Part shown: piece by piece, positions 25,415 to 37,226 of the stretch
Layout: every line of letters begins with the position of its first letter
Numbering within the stretch: the first letter of the stretch is position 1
Source: Utricularia gibba
Lineage: Eukaryota; Plantae; Magnoliophyta
Direction: 5' to 3'
Assembly: GCA_002189035.1 (NCBI GenBank)
Contig: NEEC01000016.1
Span: 744,001-808,000 of the forward strand
Length of the DNA: 64,000 nt
Notes under the pieces: model-generated
Seen by the model: the letters and a program-made list of their open reading frames with translations, nothing else
Database searches by the model: none
Told to the model about the DNA's origin: nothing
Program-made: the position numbers and the translations under genes

Positions 25415-27261
25415 CTACTGTCTCCTCAACAGCAGCGGCGCTCCGTGCTGCGGCTGAATGGTGAAGGCGGCGTACGGCGCGTGCTTGTAACTCGGAGCCA
25501 ATTCGAACGTGAAAGTTCGCAGAAGTTGAGCCAGAAAAGCCTTCCCTTCCAAGAGGGCGAAATGTTGCCCGATGCAGATCCTCGGTCCCCAGCTGAACGG
25601 CATGAACGCCGCCTGGCCGTTAGCCGCCTTCAACACGCCGTCGGCGAATCTATCTGGCTTGAATTCCAGCGCGTCCTCTCCCCAAATATCAGTACGGCGG
25701 TGCAGAAGTGCGACGGGAACCTGTATGTAAACGCCTTTAGGAATCACGAGATCCCCTAATTGCGTCTCCTCCTCCACTACACGGGAAAGCTCCATCACCG
25801 GCGGGTATAATCGGAGCACTTCATGTAAAATCATCGCAACCTGTGAAGAACAATAACCGGATTAACACACTGTGTTGGGCATACACGGAGCAGAGGAGAT
25901 GGATTGTTCCACTTACGATTTTCAGTTGGCTGAGGATGTCACTGCTGAGGATTTTGGCGTCTCCCACGATTTGGAGAACCTCTTCTCTGGCACGAGCTTG
26001 CCAGTCCTGATGAATGGCGAGGATGATCATTGCCCAGACCATGAGATTAGTAGTGGTATCGAAACCAGCAAAGTAGAAAAGCTTGCACTGAGCAATGGCT
26101 TCTTCAACGACCCTCCTGCGATCCCTGTTGCTTATTTGCTTTCCTGGTGCATACAGTTCATCAAGGAATAGATCAAACAAGTCCTTTTCTTCATTGTGAA
26201 TCCCTTCACTCCGATCCTTGAGACGCTGGTTAATCATCTTGGTGAAGGATTGTCTCACTTCCTTCTCCATTTGTTTCGCTTTCCATTTCGTTTTTGATGG
26301 CAGGTACCTGAGGAAAAAAGGGTGGTCAGTTTCTTCACATTTCTGGGCGTTGGCTAAATCAATTCTGCTTACTCTGCGCCAGGGAAATTGAAGGGCTTGG
26401 AAGCAGTATCAGTCATGATGGTGAGGTCTCTGAGGTACAAGAAGTTCCTTCTCATTTCATCGTTAAATGGAGTGTGGAACAGAGACTGAGTCACCATGGA
26501 ACCACTGATCTCTTCAAGGTAATGTAAAACATCCACTACACCTGAACCATCTTCAGCCATTTTGTTCTTCCATTGGTTCAGAACCTTCTCAGTGCACTCT
26601 TGCATCAATGGGACCATTCTCTGTGGGGGAGAAATATAGTTGGTTCTTTCTCTTTTTCCAGGAAATTACAGATCTGGGAATGAGATTTTACCTTCAATTT
26701 TTCCAAATGAAACGCAGGGTTAAGCTTCGCCCGCGACCTGCTCCACTCATCCCCTTCAAAGTAAACAAGGCCGCCGATAGCAAGCCGGATAAGCTTGTTT
26801 GCAACCCTGAAACTCTTCTGGAAATTTCTGTGCTTGATCAGCACGCTCCTCATCAGCTCCGGCTCCGATATGATGATCCGCGCAGTCGGGCCGATCCAGG
26901 CGAAGGCGTTTGTTCCTGTGAAGCAAACAAACCAGCAACTTCAGTTGAGTTCTGAGTTCATAAGCAGAATCAAAAGTTAACCAACCACAAACTCACCATA
27001 TGTTTTCACTGTCTTCTCAATGAAGGGCATGACCCGGGAAGTAATATCATCCAACGGACCGATCGTCGTCGAGTTCGCCTTACCGTACATGTCCGCTATC
27101 TCCCCCGCATCGCCGACGAGAAACCGGTAGGGGTTGCCTTTCAAGCCCTGGCGGCGGAGAAACCGCTCCATACGGCGGGGCTCCAGCCACGCCCAGCTCA
27201 AGAGCTGCCATACCCATACTGCAAGTATGCAGAGAAGGGAGTAGAACAAGTAAGCCCACAT
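25415..27261 (-). CDS. CYP72A: Cytochrome P450, CYP72 clan (CYP72A-like), 5 exons, intact
   Basis: Exons 27261-26997, 26915-26692, 26620-26373, 26307-25916 and 25840-25415 are phase-consistent. Motifs [49 protein letters not shown] and heme [10 protein letters not shown]. Confidence 0.93.
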
Positions 27262-28060
27262 ATGCAAGTCGCAGAGTACTCAATCAGCGAACCTCTGTCT
27301 TTATATGAGAAGATCTGTACGGAGATGTGTGTGGTCATTTTATAATGCGCTGCGAACACGAGATCCACGGACGAGATCCTTTTTACTTACGTTGGGAAGG
27401 CGCACTCCACTCCATTGTTCTGCGCTTGAGCTGTCAACTTCCATGCTTTCGTGTCGGAGTGCAGGTGCTGGAATCTTCGTACCGGCCTCGTTGCTGCCGG
27501 TGCTGGTGCTCACACGTGGCCCAATTTGGCGCGCTACCTAACTCCATCAAAAGGTATGCCGCACATCAAAATAGAAAAATATTTAAGTATTATTTTTGAA
27601 AATTTTTAAAATCTATTTTTACTTTTTAAAAATAAAAATAATTTTGAATTCTATCAAAAATATTTTAAACTTTATACTAAAAAAATTATTTTTGTAAAAG
27701 TAAATAGTTAGTTAATTTTAATTATTTTTTAAATTAATTTTAAAAAATAAAAACAGTTTTCAAAAATTTTCCAGAACATTGCTTTATATTAGAAATATGG
27801 TTATCTTTGATGGAACTGTCTCGAAAATTAGTCAATCTTTGATGAATTATGTGAAGAAATTGGTCGTCTCATGTGTCAAAATAGAGTGAAAATGTGGCAA
27901 TGACCCGATACCCCATCATTTGAAAAAAAAAAAAAAAAGAATACTAATTGTTGAACCCAACTTTATTTTCTGATTGGAGCTGTGTTTAGAAATCAACATT
28001 TCAAAGTGGACTGGAATGGGACTGGTGTGGTTCAAAACCGTTGACCGGTCAAATACGATT

Positions 28061-28370
28061 TTGATCCATCAAATCCGAATTAATTATAAAATATTATAAC
28101 TTTAAAAAGTAAATTAAATATTAATAATATAATGAATATATTAATTTTTAATAAAAAATGTCATGTGTATTTTTAGTAATATGAATATAAATATTGAAGT
28201 ATTTTACATTTTGACCAGTCAAACCTGAATTAATTACAAAATATTATAACATTAAAAAGTATATTTAATCTTAATAAATAATAATATAAATGAATATATT
28301 AATTTTTAATAATAAATGTCAGGTGTATTTTCATTAATATAAATGTAAATATTGAAATATTTTATCTATT
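28061..28370. repeat. About 150-bp AT-rich tandem duplication, two diverged copies
   Basis: Copy 1 starts ttgatccatcaaatccgaattaattataaaatattataac at 28061; copy 2 starts ttgaccagtcaaacctgaattaattacaaaatattataac at 28211. Both continue with aatgaatatattaatttttaat...aaatgtca...aaatattgaa. Confidence 0.8.
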
Positions 28371-28914
28371 GAATAAATAAAATCACATTAACTATAATTT
28401 ACACATTGATTTTTATATATAAATATCATTACCCAAAATGATTATAATTTTTTTCAATAACACCAAATAACACAATGATCAAATTGAAATATATTTTAAA
28501 GTAAAATTCTTAATAAACATAAATAAATCTCTTACATTATATCCATATCCTATCTTTTTTATTTAAAAATTAAAATTTGAGATTAAAATAATTAAATTTT
28601 CAGATTAAAAAAGTTTTATATTCATAACCGGTATTCGGATATCCGGTTAACCGATAACTTCTAAAAAATGGGTCTGAGTCAATCGGCCGAGCTGAAAATA
28701 TAGATTTGCAGTTGTTGGGCGACGACGGCGAGCCCAAGCGCCACCTCCAACCCAGTTGCGCATGGCCTGCGGAATGCTGCAGCCTGCGAACTGGAATGGG
28801 TAAAGCCTCGCTCTCGCCTTTCTCCGTTCGTCTCCCTCCTTGCGCCAATGCCGCCACCAACTACCAGTCGAATGATTCCGTTTCTGTGGCTGAATCTGTC
28901 TCGCTCCTCACTAG

Positions 28915-29165
28915 CTTTGCCGATCCAAGCATGGGCTTTTCGCCCCAGTGAAGTAAACAGAACCAGATCAAATCAACCATATGCTAGAACTATATCGTCG
29001 TGTGGTGTGCCGACAACAGTTAAGTTCTCCTTGCCGTAGGTTTCATTTGCATCGCCGACCAGAAACCGGTGGGAGTGTTCCTTGGCGGAGATACCTAACC
29101 TACCTCTCCATACGGCGGGGCTCCAGCCATGCCAAGCTCAAGATTTGCCACACCTACAGGCCATG
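28915..29165 (-). pseudogene. Degenerate CYP72A relic (exon 1 plus start of exon 2)
   Basis: ctccatacggcggggctccagcca and gcatcgccga..agaaaccggt are shared with 27108-27190. The relic reads [17 protein letters not shown], then has indels and stops; HAWIG at about 28920-28935 parallels FAWIG of exon 2. Confidence 0.85.
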
Positions 29166-30043
29166 TTCAATCAATCGGCTCCGAATGCGAGTCCGCCATC
29201 AGGTTTGGTGACTGGTATTAGTGTTTCGGTGGAAACAAGTAGCTTGAAGAGCAGGGGTTGTTGAATAATATTTGGAGAAAGAGATATGGATGTCGTTGTT
29301 GTTCACTTTTTTGGAAAAGAGAAGCATGTTGCTTCAGATACATGAGTTGGTACTTATAGGAAATAAACTAGCCGTTGTTGCGTCGTCTAGCTACTGTCAG
29401 ATTTCTCCTGCATACTTGCTTGTTTCATCCGTCTTACTTCACATGGGCTGCTGGGCAGATCAGTACCACGGATGGGCCTTGAATCGGGCTTTTGTGCTGG
29501 CGGGGTCCAATACATTGAGACTGAAGGGCCTTTTGTATCAGCAGCCCTGTCGCCTCCTCTCACCAAGTCCTTTGATTCTAGTTCATTCTCCCGCGACATC
29601 TCAGCATCTTCTCGCAGATTTCTGGTTTGGCATCCTATGATTCTCGGCCGGGTCTTCTTTTCTCCATCATTCACCAACAACTGCTGCCATGGAGTGAGAT
29701 TCTTTGACGATCTCCAAGCTCAGAAATTCATATATTTCTTGTTTAAGTTTACAGGTTGTGACCCCCGGTTTGAAACCACCAGACAAATGGATGTTCATTC
29801 ATCTGATGTAAGGACTTCCAAGTGAACTGTTGCCGAGGAGCCTCCAGTCCAGTCCTCACCATGATTTCAGTTGGTATGGAGTGGTACATTATGTGAGAAA
29901 GGCAGCAGCTTTTTTATTACTACCAGAAAACAATGAAGAGGATGATGAAGTTTGATTATACAAGTCACAGGGTAGCATGTCTTCTTCACAGCTTGTCTGA
30001 AGCTTCATGCCTTGCTGGCTTCTGTAGTCGAGGGGATGAAGCT

Positions 30044-31326
30044 TCAATTCACCCATGAAAGTGCAATGCCATCAAGCTTGCGTTTCATTTCCTCCCTCTG
30101 AAACTCAACTCCACAGCCATTGAATTTGAGCTCAACGAAGCAGAGTTCTACGCTCATTTCCCATATCTCCATAGCCAGATGAACTCCTCCATTCACCATT
30201 CTGATCTCCCCACGCTTGTCCATCTGTGTTCTGTACCCCAATTCGCCCCCAGCTTGCATCACCTTCTCTTTGATGTCACACACCCTCTGTACACTTGTAA
30301 ACTTCATCTCCTTCATGAACTCGTCGTTCTCGAAAAGACCTGATAGATTCAGCCCACAAGACAGAGAAATTATGTCGAAAGCTGTAGGCGTTCTAGGAGA
30401 AGACACCTCTGATTCGAGGTAGCTCTGTGAATCGGTGCTCAGATTTGGAAGGGAAAACGATTTCTTGAACCAAGAATGCTTCATCACGTCACCAAGACTT
30501 AATCTTGTATCTGGGTTTGGATCCATGAGTCTCTGTATCAAGTTCTTGGCCGATTTGGATACCCAATCGGGGATATCGAATGCACGGCGGTACATTGCTT
30601 TGTACATTTGCGGTAAGTTGCTGTCGTCGAAAGGGAGGCGACCCACCAAGAAAACGTAGAGGAGAACTCCGCAAGACCACGCGTCGGCCTTTTCTCCGTC
30701 GTACCCTTTCCGATGCGCCACCTCCGGCGCGCTATAGGCCGGTGTTCCGCACGCGGTGTGCAAAAGTCCGTCCTTTTCTGCTCCGGAAGCGCGGAGAGCC
30801 CGAAGTCTGTGATTTTGACCGTCCCATTCCGATCTAGGAGAAGATTCTGCGGCTTGATATCGCGGTGAGCGATTCCGTTCTGATGGCAGAAACGGAGGGC
30901 GGAGACAACCTGTTGAAAGTACCTCCGTGCCGCCGGTTCCGTGAACCTACGGAGGCGGTAGAGCTTGGCGAAGAGCTCGCCCCCCTCGGCCAGCTCCATA
31001 ACGAGATAGATTTTCGATTTGGTGGCCATCACCTCGTGGAGCTTTAAAATATTAGGGTGGTGCTGAAGGCGGCGCATCGCGGAGACCTCCCGTGTGATCA
31101 CCGACTCCATGACGGCGCCGATTGCAGATCCCTTGTCGATAACCTTGATCGCCACCACAGAGTCACCATTCTCCAGAGACGTCCCCAGGTACACTTTGGC
31201 GAAGCTACCCCGGCCTAGCATCCGCCCAAGCCGGTACCTTTCGAGGATGATAGACCCGCTTCCACCCCCGGAGCTGGTAGTTCGCCTGAGCTTCTCAGCG
31301 GCGGGCTGAGGACTCCTGTGGGCCAT
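30044..31326 (-). CDS. CIPK: CBL-interacting protein kinase (CIPK4/7-like), intronless, frameshifted in this sequence
   Basis: ORF A has [44 protein letters not shown] and DFGLSAL. ORF B has [14 protein letters not shown] and the NAF-type motif [19 protein letters not shown]. The two join if one base is added at 30774-30777. Confidence 0.9.
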
Positions 31327-32278
31327 CCCTGCAACCCCAATCTTCCTCCAGTGATAGATATCCGCAGTTGGCTTCTTAGTTCTTATACACACCCAAAAAA
31401 TCAGCCCGCCGGCTCGCGAGTCGCGCAGCAAGACCAGATGTGGCGATCTTGGCCTATTCCCGGGGATCCCATCTCGCCGAATATTCCTCACCAGTAAAGA
31501 ATAAAACACCTCTCTATTCCGTTCAGGTTAAAAACCCCAAATCAAATCAGGGATCTCCAAATCCCTTTTCAAGCATCATCAGCAGGACATGTATTCTTGC
31601 CCTCCACACGATCTTTCGAGGTTTGGGATTCTGGGAAACAGACAATCGATCCTTGTCGTGTATATTGTATACGGCAGTATCCAGGAAGGGGTCGACCACT
31701 CACGCCTGGTGTTACTCAAATTAATGCCGACCAGTTCAGCCATCCATCACGCCAGCTAAAGCCGGTCAACTTCGGACCACCGTGCCAACATAGAACTATG
31801 TTTTATTACAAATTTGGTTGATGTACTTTGAGTTTGTGAAAAAATTGGACACTTTATGTGTAAAATTTTGATCTGAGATATAAATTTACAATGTCTATTT
31901 TTCTAAATGATTCTACGGGACTCAGGCTTCTCTCAAACTTGCCTCCATTCTGGTCCTCTAGCACTCTAAAACCAATATTTTAAAAATGAGTTAAGATTTA
32001 AAGATGAATTTGATTTGAATCATCTTTAAAATTGAATTTAATAATTTTAATCATATTTTAAAATATTTTTAAAATATTTTTAAAATATATACATTATAAT
32101 TTAAATAAATTAAAAGGTTTCAAGATCTAAATCATGCAAATTTAGAGTAAACTATATCTAACCACGAATTAAACTTGTTTGATTTATGGTATTATATAAG
32201 TTTAAAATTAATATTATAAATGTTGTAGTCAAGAATCTTCAGAAGGGCGGAGACTAATTTTCGGTTTAAGGATACCGC

Positions 32279-32696
32279 TGAACGCGTCCTATCCAATTTA
32301 GATTTTAAAGGGTTGAGTGTTGTGATGCGATCGACATAAATGAAAAAAGATAAGCGTTTTAATGTGTAAACCGTCGAATAACGGAAAAACCACGGAACTA
32401 TCAAGGGCTTGTCGTAAAATGGTTTTACTAGATAGGGGTGAGGAAAAGATACAAGTTTCTTATATTTATAAAAGAAGTCGATCTGACCAAATTATAAATT
32501 CTGTAGTTGTCGGTTACTTTTTATACTTCTGTTTGTACTATGGTTCTGCTTTCAGATAATTGCGACTGTTCTGCCATCACCATAATTCGGTTACTTTTAA
32601 GACTGTTCAAAACGGCCATTACTGACAAACTCTGACAATCATTGGTCTGTCGTCTTGCGCCAATCCATCAGAACACCTTTTAGCTACTTTTCAATA
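32279..32696 (-). mobile_element. Second copia-type LTR copy, opposite orientation, with a possible degenerate PBS
   Basis: catcagaacacctttt (32666-32681) is the exact reverse complement of 24484-24499. aaaaccacggaactatc (32386-32402) matches 24771-24787 at 16/17. Length is similar (about 418 bp), and gcGGTATCc follows the 3' end, resembling the tRNA-iMet PBS TGGTATCA. Confidence 0.6.
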
Positions 32697-33290
32697 GTCG
32701 ATTACCTCATTTCGATTTAGACTCTATCAATAAATTATAAGATATTTAGTTTATAGCTTTAAATAAATTCTGAATTACATGGGTTTAGAGTGTGTTATTT
32801 TCTTACTTTACATAAAATCAATTAATCTCGTTTTTAATTCCAATAATTAAATACTATTTCAGAAATTAATTCCAATATGCCAATTTTATTTAAATCCAAA
32901 TAAATTAAATCTATTTTATCTCACTCTCATCAATCAAATACGATTTAAATTGTTAATATGCATCAGAAATGTGTAATATGCCCACCCAAGTTGAATCAAC
33001 ATGAGCACATTCGAATGAAAGATTAGGCACGTGCAAGGCACCTACCTGAACTTCTCATGTTTCCTAGGTGTACGTATGTAACACATCACAAGTTAATTCC
33101 CATTAAATAATGTATTTTATAAAAAAGGTAACGTTTAGTATCATATATTATACATGTGAATAATTGCACAAAATATTTAATCTGTTGTATTAAATATGTG
33201 ACTGATATATATTATTTAATATTTACACTTCATGTTGTACCAAATGAGACGTAAGTGTGATCATCAATCCGTAGGGCGCAGCTGGCTGAC

Positions 33291-33318
33291 GTGCACCGTG
33301 CACCGTGCACCGTGCACC
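33291..33318. repeat. (GTGCACC)4 tandem heptamer in a GC island
   Basis: Four perfect copies read directly, preceded by GCTGAC. Confidence 0.9.
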
Positions 33319-36300
33319 CCACACACCGAATCATTTTCTTAAATAAAAAAAAAGAAATTCAGTCAGCAATGAGCGGCTACAATTGACAAAATTGCCCCAA
33401 GTGGAAGAGCCGAGAGAGATTGCGTGGCAGCCCTTCTTTCCACGTTTCTTTTGTGCAATTATTTAATTTATTTGCTCAAAATCCAGATATTTTATACTAC
33501 CATAGATAGTTGGGGGTGCGTGTATTTATGTTATGAATACATCAATTTTTTATTTTAAAAATTACGCATAGTCGAGATAATTTTAATTTTATAATATTTA
33601 AAATATATTAAATTATTTTTAAAATACTAAAATAAATAATTTTGAATAAAAAATTGAACATTCATAAAAAAAATTAAAACGATAATTGATGAAAATAAAT
33701 GAATGATGATTATTAAATTTTGAATGATGGACAACAATGTCAATCTATATGAAAATAAATGAAACTATGAGAAAATCAAATAAATATTTAGTATTAAACT
33801 TAATAATTAAAAATATGAAAATAAAAAAAACAAATCAGGATTCTAACTAATCCGTGATTCCCACATTTTACATTCCATTTTTTTATTAAAAAAATTAAAA
33901 TCCAATTTGCCGGCGCAAGAAACAGAAGGTCGTTCTTTTTGAGCCAACTCGAAGGCCCAATAAAATTTAAAATGAACTTCACTATTGACTCATTTTGGGC
34001 CGAGGCCCAATGAAGATCTGAATAGAAATACACTTATTGAAAAATAATGCAATTGCTATCAATTTAAAAAAGAAATATATTCCCCCTGGTCTGGGATCGT
34101 GTTCTCTGTGGTTGACTCTTCCAGACCAAAAACAGAAAAGAAAAACATTGACAGCGGATTGGTGGGCGCAGCTGCACCAACCCACCAACTTTGTGATGAG
34201 GAGAGGGACTTCGGTTGTCGCTACTGCACCTCTCAACGCCCAACCAATTTCAATTTAATTTCTAAATTAAATTAAAATTTAATCTTGAGATAATTAGGCG
34301 ACCGGCGGACGCGCTTCAACAATGGACTTGTTGTCTTTATATAATTTTTTAAAATAATTTTATATAATTTTAAAATATTTTAATCTCTAACTACTCTACT
34401 GTTACATGTGTCCAATGAACTACTGGGTTTCAACGCATTTAAGTATTAATATTAAAAATTCAGATGTTGTAATAAAGTATAGAAATTATTGAATTTTTTG
34501 AATATAAAATGTGGAGTAATTAAAATAATAAATTAATTAAAAATATTATTATTTATTTTTATATATTCTACAATATATTTATATCATAATATTAAATTAT
34601 ATAGTAATTTTAATAATGTATAATTTATTATATTTAATCATATAGTACGTGTTTATGTGAATTCAAACAAGAATTGAGTAGCACATTTACATAACAATTG
34701 TAATAATCCAAATGGTTTTTGTTTGGAAACTCGGAACTGAAAAGAGCAGGGTGCAAGTTGTGTTGGGGAAGAGACAACAACGTGGTGCCGTGTCGTGTTG
34801 CTTGTCCGAACAAGTAACGGAGTGCCGTGTCCGGTATTTGTGGGCCCATATTTATGGACTCCCCCCGGTTCCCTTTTGTGGCCTCCTCAAGTGGCGGTTT
34901 CCCTCCCTGTATGCTCCTGACCCGCCCCGGATTCCAACCCCCGACCTAATGCAGTAATGTTCTCGAAAACTTTTATAATTTACTTTTACTTTCATATATA
35001 TACTTTTGAAACGTGAAAGTAAACCTAACAAAAGGGATTTTGGAAGAAGTTGAATCTATATTTGAAAAGTATAATTTAGTAAATTTTGTAAAAGTTTTTT
35101 TATCATATAATTTCAAAAATACTTTTATTAAAACTATTTTTGAAATTAATGTTTTGAAAAAAAATGAATTTAGAATTAAAAGTAAATCATACAAGTTTTA
35201 CATAACACTCCTTGTATTTGATATATCACCCATTTTATTTTATTAATTTCTTTAAATAATTCTGTTTAATTTTTTAAGATTTTAGTTTGTAATTGTTATA
35301 TAATAAAATAAAAAATTTAAATTATGTGATTAATTTTAAAAATTATTAAATCATTATTTCAAAGATTAAATAATAAATTAATCAGAACTTTATAATATTC
35401 AATTTTCATTTATTTTTAAATTATTTTTGTATTATAATATTAAATTATTGGTTTATTAAATTTTATAATAAAATTTTATATTATACTACAAAACAATTTT
35501 ACAATTATTTTATTTTATATAATCTTAAGTACATCTTCAAATTACAGAATAAGTCCATACTTTCAAAAAAAAAGTAAAAATTGTGATTTGGTAATTTTAT
35601 AAAAATAAAAAATATTTCTAAATTTTTGAAACATTCGATAAAAAAAAAACTAATTTTGGAAACATGGTCACGTGGATGCCACCACACGGGTACAGGGAGA
35701 ATATCATATAAAAAGTGGTCAATTTTACTTTCACAATTTGAACCAGCAGTTAAAAAGCTAGTAAAAAAAATCGGGAACTTTTTCTGTTTTTTTTTTCTAA
35801 AAAAAAAGGCGAACAAAATATTCAGCACCACAAGCCGCGTCCACGTCATCGACCCGCGTTGGGATTTTTGAGATCTTTCTGAATTTGGGGAGAGCAGTCA
35901 ATCAGTTTCCGTCTTCTTTATTTTTATTAATTTTTAAAGCAGATAAATTCGAGGGCAACCTTTTCATTACACCCCTAACGGTAACCAAACACCAGAAACC
36001 CCATTTATTTCCTGATTAGTCATCTGTTTAGAAAGCGGCTTTTGTTTTTGTGACAGAGAAGTTGGCATGGTTCAGAAGCAAGGTAGCGGTAGCAGTTAGT
36101 TGTTGTCTGTTGATGCAACTCCATCATCCTCTGCCCCATCATCATCATCATGTGTGTAATGTGGAATTTATCCCCACCCCTGAACTCAACTTACATGGAT
36201 CACTTGCTTGCACTTTGAGTGATGTGTTTCTAATCACATAGATTGTCATCCCCATGTATGTTTTTGTTGATTGGATTGTTGAAATTAACGATTCGATGCA

Positions 36301-37226
36301 TAGGAGGAATATACATAAAATTCAAGTATATGATAAATATGAATTATTAGATATAATCAATGAATAGTTATTTATTATATAATTAAATTCAGATATGGTA
36401 TTATTTATTATGATACTCATCTTAAAATTGAATTGATATTTGATATGTTTAAAATTTATTTATTTTTATCATTGTAATTAATAAAAAAGATTAAACTCAA
36501 TTAATTATTAATAATTTATAATCTATCATATAATTAATTATTTCATTTTTATTTATATATATGTAATTGATTGTTGTAAGATTATCTTTACCCATTTACG
36601 GAAATGGTTATGTGACATTTTCGAAAATGGGGAAATGTTTTTGAAAATGAATACAGTTGTTTCTCATTTCTTATGAAAACGTAAATGAGTAAATCTCGTT
36701 TACTTTCATAAACAGTTTAAAATATAATTTGTACTATTTATTTTAGTATTATATTTTCTAGAAATTGATATAAATATAAATGAAATTTAATAAAGTAAAC
36801 TCAATAATTCAATTTCCATAAATACAACATCACCATTTAATAATATTGATAAATATCTCTAATAGAAATTTGGTGAGGGAGGGAAGGGGAAGGGACATCC
36901 AGTGTGTACTGGAGACAGAAAGCTTGGTGGCATGGCAGGAATTGACCAGAGGGAGAAGGGTGTTTTCGGAACACTGGTGTTGCAATCTGGCACTGTGGAG
37001 GGCTGCTTCAATTTTGTGTTTTGAATTAGTTTGGGTGGTTGGGTTCCCCGGCCGGCTTCCCATCTGTCACCGGCCCCTCATTTACGCCCTTTCTCTATTC
37101 TTCTTCTTCTTCTTCCTGTTTAAATACCTCTGTTCATCTGGGTGCTGTTTCCTCATTCTCAGTTCTCTCTTTCACGTTTCTACTGCTTCTCCTTGTTTGC
37201 ATTTGCAGCTGTCGTGAAGACACGGA

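Noticed and set aside
31401-31472. 23-aa [26 protein letters not shown] upstream of CIPK as a conserved-peptide uORF
   Set aside because: It lies upstream of the likely TATA (about 31381-31388), so it is probably not in the mRNA, and I recognise no conserved uORF peptide in it.
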